Notes under the pieces: model-generated
Told to the model about the DNA's origin: nothing
Seen by the model: the letters and a program-made list of their open reading frames with translations, nothing else
The model's database searches: none
Source: Podarcis gaigeae
Lineage: Eukaryota
DNA: 64,000 nt
Assembly: GCA_964106915.2 (NCBI GenBank)
Contig: OZ066915.1
Reading direction: 5' to 3' (one strand)
Translations under genes and position numbers: made by a program
Shown here: positions 50,184-62,559 of the stretch, in pieces
Numbering within the stretch: the stretch's first letter is position 1
Layout of the letters: the number at the start of each line of letters is the position of its first letter

Positions 50184-51573
50184 TTTATTTACATTACCAC
50201 CCTCTCTAAGAAAAACTTGTTTGTAAAGACCTACACATACTGTGAATCAAGATTTTGACTACATAGTCCAAAATGGCAAATCCATCAGCTAGATCAGACC
50301 TGCCAAGCAATTTCAAACAGGTCTGTTAACTCCCATCTTCCAGCCCAGGTGCTGAAAAAATAGTTGCCTCTGCTCTTCAGAGATCAGTTGCTGAAGAGCA
50401 AAAGGAAACAATTGTATTTTCCATGGCAGTTTTGGTCTTTCTGGAGGAGTTTGAGCTAGTCTATCAAACCCAGTTCTGTGATAGATGAGTTTCTACCTGT
50501 CTCTGGGTGCAGGATAGTCACGTCAACATTGGCCATGGCCCTCTGCTGGCATGTGGTAGTCCAGTACTGTCTCTTTTCATCGGCAGAGGTGTGCATGCAG
50601 GGTGTGCTATGTGTGCCCAGACACACCCTAATGTTTCAAGACATGAGGTTATAGCAAGGAGGAGAGAGCATGGAACAGCTATGGGGGGAGAGACTAAGGC
50701 AGAAGTGGGGAGGAGGGAAGCAGAAAGAGAGACAGAATAAAAAGCCTAGAATGGACCTGCAGTTTCCTCCTTACTTACTGTTGCGGCTGGAGCTAAGTAT
50801 CCCACCATTGCTTACAGATACAGATGCAGGCAGAAGCTGCTGCCTTTTTTCTTTTGCCTGTGTCTGTCTCATGGCTCCACCACTTGCCTCCTTCCTAGGA
50901 CAGGAAGATGATGAAACCATAATCTGTTTTGGTCAATTTGGTTTAACACATCTGTTTAAAGGTCATGACATTTCATTATCACGGCAGCAAAAATTTGGTA
51001 TTTTTTGTTAATAAAAAAGTTACATTTTAGTTTCTTCAGTTTATTTATTTATCAAACAATGTCCTTTATGATTATGTATTCAATAAATATTCATCCTTGG
51101 GGGAAAAGCAAAAACCCTGCATACACACCCTCGTTAAATGTGCTGCACACAGCTATGCTCATTGGTAGAGACTCTGCAAGGCAGGGATGGGGAGTCTGGC
51201 TTTCCAGATGATGTTGAACTCTTGCCAGCTCTGACTATTGGTCATACTGACTGCACTTGATAGAAGTTGGAGTCTAACAACAGGATCTCCATGCCTGATC
51301 CAATATCGTGGATAAGTTTCCCTTCCCAGCCCTGCTACTTAAGAACTCTTTCTCCCTTGCCCACTTTTCAAACTGGAGACGCCAAAGACTGAAACTATGA
51401 TTGTTTAGGTCTTATGGGGGCAGCCAGCAGCTGGTTTATTTACATTACCACACGCTCTCTAAGAAAAACTTGTTTGTAAAGACCTACACATACTGTGAAT
51501 CAGTGTTTTGACTACATAGTCCAGAATGGCAAATCCATCAGCTAGATCAAAACTGTCAAGCAATTTCAAACAG
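50184..51573 (+). repeat. Dispersed direct duplication, ~138 bp (50184-50320 and 51435-51573)
   Basis: Both copies read tttatttacattacca..ctctctaagaaaaacttgtttgtaaagacctacacatactgtgaatca...aagcaatttcaaacag. Confidence 0.9.
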
Positions 51574-53353
51574 TGGTTCATACCTTCTGGGCCCTACATG
51601 TCATTGCTGGCTGCGGCCAGAGACAAACATGCTTAGAGAAATGGATGTGATTCTTCACCTTTCTACAATAGGCTACATTACAACTGTGTGGAAGTTTCTA
51701 TACACCTACACTTGTCCTCCATACAAGCAAGCAAGACACATTTTAACCCAGCAAAAGCAGTCAAGGAGGGCACAGGAAAATAATACAATATTTATATCAC
51801 ACCACTCTGGGTGGCTTCCAACACATAACATAATAAAACGTTAATAACAACAATCTGATCCAATATTTAAAAAATCACAACTTTAAAATAGACAACCTAT
51901 CAAACAGCAACAATCCATCAGAATCTAATAATACACAGTAAAATTAAACAACAGCAAATAATAATTAAACAGTTCACACATATCACAATAAAGAATATAC
52001 CAATCTATAATCAATAAAAACATCAGCAAATCACAATGCATGAAAACCATAAAACATACAAAACCATGTAAAAGGGTCAAATTGAAAAACAGACACACAA
52101 ATTATAAAACCACACACACACAAACATCCCTGAAATCCTCTCTTCCGAGCTGCTGCTGTTCTCAAAGTCACAGTCTGGGAAAGGCTGTGTGGGGCAGATG
52201 GAAACACCAGTGCCTGAGTAGGAACAGAAAACCCATGAGGGATGTGGGCTGAGGAGGGGAAGTGGCTGAGGGAGAGTCCTGAGAGTTGGATAGAGCCCTG
52301 GGGAGACCCACCTAAGGCTCCTCAACCTCAGCTTCACCACCACTTCTTTCAACCATGATATCTCAGCAAACACTTCAATGTGTTGCTTCAAAACTTATGT
52401 CTACTAAAATTTATATTGTCACCAATGGGAGTAAAATAAGAAACCATCATAATGTTTTAAGACATCCTCAGGTTTTGTCAGCAAAAACGACTTACTGATT
52501 TTCTCCATCCTGAAGACTCTTTCAGGGATAATCAAAAGAATAACTGGATAATCACCAGTTAAGTGATCCCAGCATAAGCAATACAATTTCCCCAGGGTGG
52601 TGTTAACGGAAGGCTTCCATGACTTTCACCTGCATTCTCATGCAGCATCTTTATCTCCTCCTCCTTTAAACCTAGATAAAATTTTGAGATCTTGACTTCT
52701 AGACACATTGGATTGTAATAAGGCAGTGGCTTCCAACTCTTTTGCAAAATTGTTCTATCAATGGATTGTAGTTCTTGTTAGAAAGGATCTGCCTTTTCTA
52801 TTCGCCTTACATTGAGAAATCCACCTCTCCTCCTTTACCTATTATGCAGGAACATTGGAAGCTGCCTTGTACCATTCTAGCCAATTAGTCCACCTAGATC
52901 AGTACAGTCTGTGTTGATTGGCAGTGGCTCTTAAGGGTTTCAGGCAAAGGACATTCCTACCCATACTTGGAGATACCAGGGTTTGATCCTGGTCCCTTCT
53001 GCAGGCAAAGCAGGTGCTCTGCCATTGAGCCACTTCTGGGTTGCCCTGTTCCCAATCCCCACTGCTAGCAAACCTGGTGATATAACCCAAGGCTTCAGCA
53101 ACCCACTCCTGGCTCACCATTTGGATTGCTGTGGGACTTGGCAGATGTGCAGTGCCACATAGACAATTAGAAGCTAGGGATAATTTTTGGTTAAAGTTCT
53201 TTCAAGTCACAGCTGAGAGCATTACCACAATAGATTGTATATTTCAGGGTTTGAACTTGGCTCCTTTACTACTTGCTCGAACACCTGATCAGATCTGAAG
53301 CTAGCACGTGAGCGAGTGACAAACCCTCTTCCCATCTCGTGTACCTCTTGTAG

Positions 53354-56300
53354 ATGGGTCACGTGTGGACCTGGCTGGAGTCTAAAGAAGAATTCTTCAC
53401 GGAGTCTGAGAAGAGCAGCAGCTGCCAGTCTCCCCAGGGCTCCCCAGGCTCTAGCTCAGATCTTGACCTGGAACTAGGCTGCTGGAGAAAGGGGGAAGAA
53501 ACTGCTGAGGAGGAGGTCGAGGAGAGCAGCAGCCAAGAGGAGGAGAGTCAGCTGGGAACAAGTGGTCCTCTGGCATGGGAAGGTGCCAGCAGAGGGGACC
53601 AAGAAGAGGCTGGGAGGTACAAGCAGGATGCTATCTTGAGGTTCCTGTCAGAGGTATGGCTGCTGGTGGGTGCAGTTGAGGAAAAGGTGGTGGTGGGTGA
53701 CCTTGTCAGTTAGAGGGGACTGCTGAAAAAATAGTGCTCCCAGTCAGCGTGGCAGACTGGCAAATTTCTGTATGCGGTTGGGTAAAGGTACCTGGAGATA
53801 GAGGTTCAGGATAAATGTGTTGACAAGGGTTGGTGCCTGCCCTCTAATTCAAAAGTGGAAGGGTGTCTTTGCCCAGATGCACTTCTATTCACACGCCCAT
53901 GGAGTGTTATTCTCTGTTTTGGCTGTGTCTTTATCCTATGCCCGTTAGGACAAAAGATGTGTTGAATGGACAGATCTGCATATAGTTTTGTAATGTCACT
54001 AATTCTGTAAAGGTCTTAAGCTGTTAGCCTGTCATCCTCTCTTCCAGGTAACTCATTTGATGGAGCCCCTTTGCATTGGCAGCACATACCTGGCCCAGGG
54101 TCCACAGGCACTTTGCAGTGCTGGGGAGCTGCCTGGAAGGGGATTGCTGGATCATGAAGGAGACATAAAGGGATCTGTCACCCACCAAGAGGAGGAAGTG
54201 GCTAAAGGAAGTCAGCTTCAGGTTCTGAAAAAGAGAGCTACTTCCCAGGGAAGGGGAAAGTTGGCATTTCAGGTCTCAGAAGAGTTGCCAGTTATGAACT
54301 GGGAAGCAGAAGGAATGGAAGAGCAACAGGATCTGTGTGAGGAGTCAGGAGACTCTCAGATTCAGGATGACAATCCTGATGGGGGTTTGGGAAAGAAGAT
54401 GCTGCATAGCCTTGTGGAAAGTGCAGGAGAAACAGATGAAGATGACTACTCATTAGAGCTTACAAATGATACTTCCTTCAGTTGGAGAACACTGAAGGAT
54501 GGGGTGCCACAAAACATAGAGGTAAGTGGTGAAACTCTCACAAGTCGAGTTTTAGGACTAGCACCAAGGGAAAGATGAAATCTGTGAGCTAGCCATGATT
54601 GTTGGTGGGAAGGGGGAAAGTGAGAACAAGTTGCTTGGGAGGGCTTAGCTGCGTTTTCAGGTGGGGTGGAGAAAAGATGGACCCACCCAGTTAGAATCCT
54701 TGTATCTTGGCATCATGGGCATCTGGCCCTGACTTTGATATTCCAATTGTTACTTTGCCAATTCAGCTCATGCCTATTTTGTGTTCACCAGGAAGTGGCT
54801 GCAGAACGCACTGAAGAACAAGCTGAAGACTGGAAAGATTGTGACTTCCACCTGAGTTACAGCAACGATGACTCCAGTCCCTATGGAACGCCCTTAATGA
54901 GCTCTCCTACCACAAGTACAGCTTCTTTGCCTTTGTGAGTAATGGTGGCACAAAGCTCAGAAATGGCATCATACCTGCTCTTCAGGCTTAGTAATTTAAG
55001 TGTAGCCAGTCATCTTGCCATGCAATCATGCACAGGTCTACTCAGAAGTAAACCCCACTGAGTTATGTGGGCCTGGCTCCCAGCTTAAGTTTATATCTAG
55101 GGTTGCAGCCTAAAGCTCCCTCTAGAAGAGGCGTGGGGAACTCTTTGTTAGGAAATAACTGGGGGATACTAGTTAATCCAGATACTCCATGTGTGGAGGA
55201 AACTACAAAAGAAAACAAAAAACATGGGGCTGACTCACTCTGTAGTCAAAAGGGCCCCCAGCAGAGTTTAAAACTAAAATATATGCGGTGTTTGCAAAGC
55301 GTGGCAAATATATGATGTTAGACCTTTAAATGTCCCAGTATTAAGCACTGGGTACTAATTGTGTTCCCCTGTCTCTACCACTCTCAGAGTTAATAGAGCA
55401 CAAACTTTCGTAAGTTTAAATGCTTTACTTATATTAAGTAAAGGTCACACTCATGCATCAATCAATGCTACAGCAAAAACAACACAGGTAAAAACTTATT
55501 GAGTACAAAATACGAAAAGGGTACCTTCAAGCATGGAGTTTGAACAGGGAGCGCCAGCCTCATGTGTCTGGTCAGTTGCATGGTTCAAAAAGAAGAGGGA
55601 GAGAGGAGCAGGAAACAAACAATACTTCCCCCCTCCCTGAAGGTGAGGGGGTGAATCTTAGCTGTGCCTTCTCTAGAAATTTACAGTTCTGTGCTCCTTA
55701 ACCCCTTCATTTACTAACTTTCATTGGTAAGTTGTACAAATTTCTTTTTCCATCAGGGGCTAACAAACCTTAGCTGCACCACTGGTCCAATAACACATTT
55801 CATCCCACCAATTTCTTTTTCCTGATGGGAATAAATCTGTTCTGTTTCTTATCTGTATAGGATGCGGCTGAGCCAAGATGACCCTCTCCAGCAGCATTTG
55901 CTTTTCAAGAAAACTCTGTTGTCCATCTGGAAGATGGTGGCTGGTCATAGGTGTGTTATTAAGGTTTATGGAGGCGAAGAGGACTAAGGGTGCATCCACA
56001 GTAGCACATCTTCATGGCTGCTGGTTACTAACCATTCAAGAGCTGGTGCAGGTCACACAGCATCTTGCGATTTGTCTGTGTCTGCATGGCACTTCCTGTG
56101 AGGGTCCTCTTCTCCCCCCAATTTAAGAGATGCAACCTTTTGCACAGTCTGGTCTAGACTGAAATCTCCTGCTGTCCCACTTCCTGACGCTGCAGTTTTC
56201 CTCTTTCAAATTGTTTCATTTCTTTGAGTGGTGTAACGTTGCATCTATACATCCAGTAACCTAGGCACCTTGCTTATTGCATTTACTGCATCTGCTAATT

Positions 56301-59136
56301 TTTTTTAAATAGCAGAAATCGTATCAGACTTGCTTCATGATCCTAAAATCCAATACACTCCTGAGATTTTCACCCTGGGGTTTTTTTTTGGCAAGCAGCA
56401 TCAAATTTATAAAGGTGTATTTGGGTAAACAGGAGCGACTGCCCGTATCTGGTGGTTATTAAGAGGGCAAACTATGTGTGTAAGGTGAGGGTGAGGGTTG
56501 AAATTTAAGAGGAGGAAATGTATAAATAGAGGAAATGTGCGACAATTTAGTACCGATACAGTGAGAGTAAACCTAAGACTTTAAAACCTGTGTGGAAAGA
56601 CCAGAGTTGGATACTGAGGGAGTCAAAGCTCGAACAGAAAAATGTTGTGGGTCAAGCTCAGAGAGAACTGGTGAAAATATGGGGGAAGACACTGGGATCC
56701 CAGGACTGAAGCCCAGAGGAAATGGAGTGTCCTATATGTATTAGCGTTAGGAATGTTGAAAGCAACCTTATACCAAATCAGACCCTTTGTCCCTCTAGCT
56801 TAGCACTGTCTACTCTGACTGGCAGCTATCCTCCAGATTTCAGACTAGGGACATTTTCAGTCTTGTCTGGAGACTGAACTGCAATCATTGCAATCATTGC
56901 AACCAAAGCAGATGCTCTTCCACTGAGCTACAGCCGAAGCTAGCACGTGAGCCAGTGACAAACCCTCTTCCCATCTCATGTACCTCTTGTAGATGGGTCA
57001 CGTGTGGACCTGGCTGGAATCCAAAGAAGAATTCTTCACGGAGTCTGAGTGATTTCTTAGCCAATTGACTTGCATCTGCCAATCACTGTCATCCCCACCA
57101 GTCATTCTGAGATACAGAAAAGGGTGTGGCATGAAGTCCGGCGGTGAGCCAAGGGATTGTGTAATGCACATGGGAAAGCCTATTTAGCTCTCTTCATCTC
57201 TGTCTCCCCATTAGATACAGCGGCCCCTTTCTGAAGCCCGTTTCCGAGAAGCAGGCTCCTGGTTACAAAGATGTGGTGAAAAGGTCAGCTGAAAAAGTGG
57301 AGGGAGAGCTGGTATGGAGAATAAGGCTGTGAGAGTGGTACAAGTCACAACAACTTCCATGGTTGCAGTTCCAGCCGAATTGTCCAATGCCAGAGTCTAT
57401 GATATGTTATGGGATCAGTTTAAGCTTATGCAGTCAAGTTGATATGGATAAGATGCTGGTGGCAATACGTCTGCCCACATGCCCTCTTCACCCCTGCCCT
57501 CCTAGCTGCTTAAATCTACCAAAGGGGGTTTGATTCCTTGGGGCCAAGGCATGGAGAGAACATTTTATTGTGTGATGGGGTGGTTCCAGCTGCCTTGAAA
57601 GAGATGGTGGTGTGAACACTCTTGAAGAAACTGGCCCTGGGTCCTTCGGACTAGAATAACTACCATCCAGTTGCAGCTACCAATTTCTTGGTGGCAGAGA
57701 GAGTAGTGGCAGGGCAGCTGCAAGCATTATTGGAGGACACAGAGCATTTAAACCCATTCCAATCTGGGTTCAGGCTTGACTATGGGACCGAGTCATCCTT
57801 GGCCACCTTTACAGTGAGCAGGGCAAGGGTAGTGCAGCTTTGTTCCTGTTTTTCTGCCTCTCTGCTGTTTTTGATACCAGTGTCCATATAGCCTCTTGGA
57901 CTGGCTCCATGGAATGAGAAATGGGGGTTCCAGTCCTACCTACATTGAGAGAGTACTTTTTGGCCCCTTTGGTGGTTAAATTAAGGGATGCTGCCAGGCA
58001 CTATTTTATCCCCTATGCCACTGAATACCTATATGAAGCTGTTGGGAAGCGGTCATTAGGCATTTTGGGGCCAGATGCCATCAGTATACTTATGACACTC
58101 AGCTCTATTTCTCCATAACATCTGGATCAGGAGAAGCCTGCCTGGATGCAGTGGTGGGATTGATGAGGTCCGTGAGTCAGTCTCCCAGTCCCTCCCCTTA
58201 CCTACCCAGTAATTATTATTGATTGAAAAGCAGTGAGGTAGAGGATGGGATTTGAATTGAGACTTCAGTACTGGGGTAGATTCCCTTAACATGAATCACT
58301 CCCCCAGAGGCTATTGTTTAGATCAGTATTTCCCAACCTTGTGCCTCCAGCTGTTTTTGAACTACAACTCCCATCATCCCTGACTAGCAAGACCAGTGGC
58401 AAGGGATGATGGGAATTGTAGTCCAAAAACAGCTGGAGGCACAAGGTTGGGAAACACTGGTTTAGATGAGAAAAGACAATCACCTGTATTGTACCCATCT
58501 TCCTATCTACCCACTCTGTGGATAATAGCAGCTTTAGTGTGTGATTTATGTATTAAGCAGTATGAGTATGTGAAGGGTTAAAGCCACCCCCAGAATCATC
58601 ATAGACCTGTTCCAAATTGAGGGAAGGGGCTGATTTCAACCAAAGAAAAGTATGTTGGAAGATTAAATCCACTGTATAACACAGCCAGTAATTGCCACCA
58701 TCCACTGATGGAGGAACAGAAATTCTTACTCTAAGGATTGGATATTTCCTTTGAGAGCTGTCTGGGCTACCAAGTTAAAATTCTGCTAGTTTCCAATCTA
58801 TAACCGCCCAAATCCTTCTCTGAGAGACAATGTAATTTTTTTCTTAACAACTTGGCCAAAATGACAGACAATTGCAACTCACTTCTCCCTCCTTTCTGAA
58901 GACCAGCCGATCTTTCCTCCATAAAGAGGAGCCTCTCCAAGGGCCGCATTCAGAATATGGTGCAGTTCCAGCGGGATCTCATGCTGATGTTCCAGAATGC
59001 CATCATGTACAATAATGCCAACCACCATATACATCGCATTGCTCTGGAGATGCAACGAGAAGTCCTGGAGCAGCTTCAGATGCTGGGCGAGGCACTCCTG
59101 TGCTCAGAGGAAATGCAGGGCTTTGTGAGAAGGTGA
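53354..59136 (+). CDS. BRD8: BRD8 long-isoform 3' exons encoding the second bromodomain (spliced from 47131; full ORF ~1343 aa)
   Basis: Exons 53354-53653 (MGHVWTWL...LRFLSE), 54048-54521 (VTHLMEPLCI...), 54792-54934, 55861-55950 (SQDDPLQQHLLFKKTLLSIWKMVAGHR), 57215-57283 (YSGPFLKPVSEKQAPGYKDVVKR) and 58902-59136 (PADLSSIKRSLSKGRIQNMVQFQRDLMLMFQNAIMYN...). Phases are consistent and the peptide matches the C-terminal part of the long human BRD8 isoform as recalled. Confidence 0.88.
56745..56935 (-). mobile_element. tRNA-derived squamate SINE (Squam3-like)
   Basis: Ends agcagatgctcttccactgagctacagcc, the reverse complement of a tRNA-like head. Related copies at ~30830-31015, 52845-53035, 59390-59550 and 63465-63610 (+). 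Confidence 0.6.
56936..57049 (+). repeat. 114-bp duplicate of BRD8 acceptor plus exon start (source 53297-53410)
   Basis: 4 mismatches over 114 bp. The copy keeps the polypyrimidine tract, AG (56991-56992) and ATG GGT CAC GTG TGG..., and is followed directly by TGA (57050-57052). Confidence 0.92.
57420..58175 (+). mobile_element. Degenerate L2/CR1 LINE reverse-transcriptase fragment
   Basis: Peptide remnants NNYHPV..., ERVVAGQLQALLEDTEHLNPFQSGFRLDYGTES (FQSGFR..GTE motif) and a YxDD-like region near 58085. Confidence 0.75.
58324..58459. mobile_element. Palindromic hAT-type MITE with 8-bp TSD
   Basis: Near-perfect hairpin cagtatttcccaaccttgtgcctccagctgtttttg...caaaaacagctggaggcacaaggttgggaaacactg; gtttagat is duplicated at 58316-58323 and 58460-58467. 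Older relatives at ~5410, 5930, 6920, 10780, 29470 and 37390. Confidence 0.85.
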
Positions 59137-60384
59137 GAGGATTGTGTTCAAAGGGAATCAACCACATCAGCCTCCCCTTTGGGAACAAATGAGTGGAACA
59201 AATGAGTGGAAATCCAACTATTTATTCACAGGATGTTATTGGGTAAGGCATCTCTGCTTGTGTCTCCCAAACATGAGTGCTATTCATCTCAAGGTGAAAG
59301 CCTCTTCCTTAGATTTCCCAATAATGAGTAGAATTTTCTGCCAACCTGCAAGGCATATAGATTAAAAATTCACTCAGCTCCCTAAGCAGGAACATAGGAA
59401 ACTGCCTTATATCAAGTCAGGCCATTGGTCTGCCTAGCTTATTATTGTCTATGTTGACGGACAGTGGCCCTCCAAGATGTCAGACAGGGGTCTCTACCAG
59501 CCCTGCCTGGAGATAGATGCCAGGGATTGAACCTGGTACTTTCTGTGGCCCTTCGTAATGAGGTTTATGTAGGCATAGATACAGGCTATTCTGGAACATG
59601 ATAAATTCCTAGGGAACTGGGAGATTTACTGTCTTTCTTTCAATTTATAGATGTTGAGGAGCCAGAAGAATCAGGCTAGTCCAGAAGCCGGATTTCAACC
59701 TGGATACCTTCAGTCTGGCTCTAGGGAAAAGTTGTTAAGATAACCACAGTTCAGCAGTCTGATGCCCCTCCACTTCCTTAAGAGCTTTTGTTATCTATTA
59801 TATGTCTCAAAGTATTAGTCATAACAGGTTTATATGTATCAGAAATGTCAGTTTTTAGACTACAGATACTATGATTTTTCCTGTTGTTTATTCCTGGAAA
59901 CGTGTTGTCTTGTCCTCACCCAGGAGTCTCAGTCGAAGTTTAATGGATGAAAAAGTTAAAGAACCAACAAGCTATAGCACAGGCAAGACTTGTTGTCCCA
60001 CAAAGCTAAGCCCCATTTTTGGTAGCAGGCACCAACAAGGGGCTGTAGAACGTACATTTCCAGAGAATAAATGTTATGTTGTGTATAACCATTCCAGAAC
60101 AGTTCTGTTCTAGATTCTGAAAGATTTTTTAAAAATCTGTATTGGCTTCCTTTTTAGAAAATTCTAAAACTGAAAGAGCATGCAGTTATCTGCAAACATT
60201 ATTTTGGAGGCAAAAAAACCCCCCAAAACCCTACATGATGCCACTGTTAGTACCCAAGCAAGGTAGCTTTGTTGGTTTCAACACTGGCACAAATTAACTC
60301 TATTCATGCCTCCCTAGCAGAACACTTCTCTCTGAAGTTGCATCCATTGTACTCACCTTTACCAGTTACCAAGTAGTTATCACT

Positions 60385-60750
60385 AAAAAAGGTAAAGGTA
60401 CCCCTGCCCGTACGGGCCAGTCATGTCCGACTCTAGGGTTGTGCACCCATCTCACTTAAGAGGCCGGGGGCCAGTGCTGTCCGGAGACACTTCCGGGTCA
60501 CGTGGCCAGCGTGACGAAGCTGCTCTGGCGAGCCAGCACCAGCGCAGCACACGGAAACGCCGTTTACCTTCCCGCTGTAAAGTGGTACCTATTTATCTAC
60601 TTGCACTTAAGCATGCTTTCGAACTGCTAGGTGGGCAGGAGCTGGGACCGAAAGACGGGAGCTCACCCCGCCGCGGGGATTCGAACCGCCGACCATGCAA
60701 TCGGCAAGTCCTAGGCACTGAGGTTTTACCCACAACGCCACCAGCGTCCC
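60385..60750 (-). mobile_element. Sauria SINE, full length
   Basis: Diagnostic aaaggtaaaggtacccctg tail, ccgtttaccttcccgc, ggtacctatttatctac, a B-box-like ggattcgaacc and a 5' end ...cgccaccagcgtccc. Short atcac(t/c)a flanking duplication. Confidence 0.9.
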
Positions 60751-61255
60751 ATCACCACCCGTGTCTCATCAGTAGGCGTGGCCTAATTTGGGAAGGGCGT
60801 AAGAGATATTGGGAGTTCTCCACCAATAATGATAAATTATTTGTGAATGCCTGATATAAAAGGAAAGGAGCAGATAATGACCACGAGGAAAGAAAAGGGG
60901 AAAACAAATACCATAGCACGCTTCGCTTCACTTATACCTGTGAAAACAGGATCACCTTTATGACAAGACCAGATATAATGACAGCAGCTTTGCAAAGTGC
61001 CAGGAAACTGCTAGACTCTGCCTCTTCTCTGTCCCACAGAGTTTGAGCATAATGCGGCAGAAGCTAAAGTTGGACTGGGGAGAAACTGTGTGTGTGTGTG
61101 TGACTGACGGTGAATGTGGTTAAGAGGAAACATCCCTAGCAGCAGGTGGGGTGTGCAATGCTTGGTGTATACACTATTTTGCAGAGCACCAGCACCTGGT
61201 GGACTGCTACTAGGTAAAATCCATGTATGGCAGGGGTGGGAACCTGAGACCCAGG

Positions 61256-61769
61256 CAGGGGCGCTGACTTATAAAAAATATTGGGGGGGGGCGGGGGCCC
61301 ATACCGACTTATAAAAAATATTGGGGGGGCCCAAGACCTCCAAACTGCTGCTGCTGGGGGAACGAAAGGGGCGAGCCCCAGGCTGCCCCGACCTTAAGTG
61401 AACCTGTGAGGGCCCGCCCTTTGCGGCAGCCGATTGGCTGCCGCCATGGGCGGTGAATATTAATGAGCTAGGGGGAATCCCCGCTTCTCGTGGGGCTGAC
61501 GCCAGCCCCGCGAGATTGTTGATGGGTAGAGCCCGCAACCCCACCCCCTCTCTAGATCGGGAGTGGCTTTGTTTTAACATTACTGAATGTATTTTAAAAG
61601 GTAACTATCGTCAAACAAGGAAAATAAAAAATACCAACATAATTTTGTGATTTTACAAAGCATAATATAACTAATAATTTTCTTAAATTATTGGGGGGGC
61701 AGAGCCCCCCCCAAACGAATTTTTGAGGGGGCTCGGGCCCCCTCAGGCCCCATGGAGTCGGCGCCTATG
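61256..61769. mobile_element. hAT-type non-autonomous transposon with 8-bp TSD, nested in an older MITE
   Basis: Termini caggggcgctgact / agtcggcgcctatg; gacccagg is duplicated at 61248-61255 and 61770-61777. Confidence 0.8.
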
Positions 61770-62559
61770 GACCCAGGGCCAGATGTGGCCCTCCAAGCAT
61801 ATCTGTGGCCCTAAGGATACTTCAGATGCCACATCCCCTCCTAATCCACACTTCTCCATCCCTCCCCAAGTGCTTTGGTATGTCCTTAAACTAGCTTGCC
61901 AGGATGGCATCGTATGAGTGTAGAAATGTCTGTCTTTTTTTGTGGCTGGAATGCGGCCTATCATATAAAGGTAAGAGTAGCACCTTTTGCCCACCGTCAT
62001 GTCTAGCCCCATCCACCACTGGCAAATGGCTCCTGGAAGTTTTCCCTTGATGTAATGTGGGGGTTTTTTAACTAAAAAAAAAAAAATGTTCCCCATTCCT
62101 GGGATCTGGGCAAGGCTATCCATCTTGCAGTTGGAGCAATTGCACCAGGGCCCATGTCTGCAGATTATGAGCTCCCCCCCCCCCCCAAGAAAAAAGCAAG
62201 AGTCTTTTGGAAGCTGAGTTAGGAATCAAAATGTGACTGGAGAGGACCCTTTTTTTACTTGAAGTCAAGGATGCAGGTTTCATATAGCTCGCCTGAGCAA
62301 TTCCCGATGTCTGAAGGGTTCCTTCACCTTCCACTGTGATTGGCTGTGAAGTAATCCTCTCTTTTTTTTTTTGGAGTTTGTGTTGTAAGGGGGTTGCAGC
62401 CGAAGGTAGCCCCCCTCCCACTTTTTGTGAGATATTTGGAGGTGGGTGGGGGCAAAAATGGGCACTGGAATGGTGGCAGGGGGCATATTTTGTGGCCCAG
62501 AGGGTTTTAATAGAGGGAGAAGAAGCAGACCGAAGTAAACCGCCCGCTGCTTCTTCCAT

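Noticed and set aside
51780-52125. Strongly A/C-skewed, G-poor tract (similar AT-rich tract at 1740-1960)
   Set aside because: Consistent with decayed LINE 3' tails or low-complexity DNA.
57102-57143. 42-nt frame-preserving AG...GT mini-exon as the missing BD2 helix exon
   Set aside because: The true homologous exon is 55861-55950. This segment has no similarity to BRD8, though its donor could serve the duplicated acceptor.
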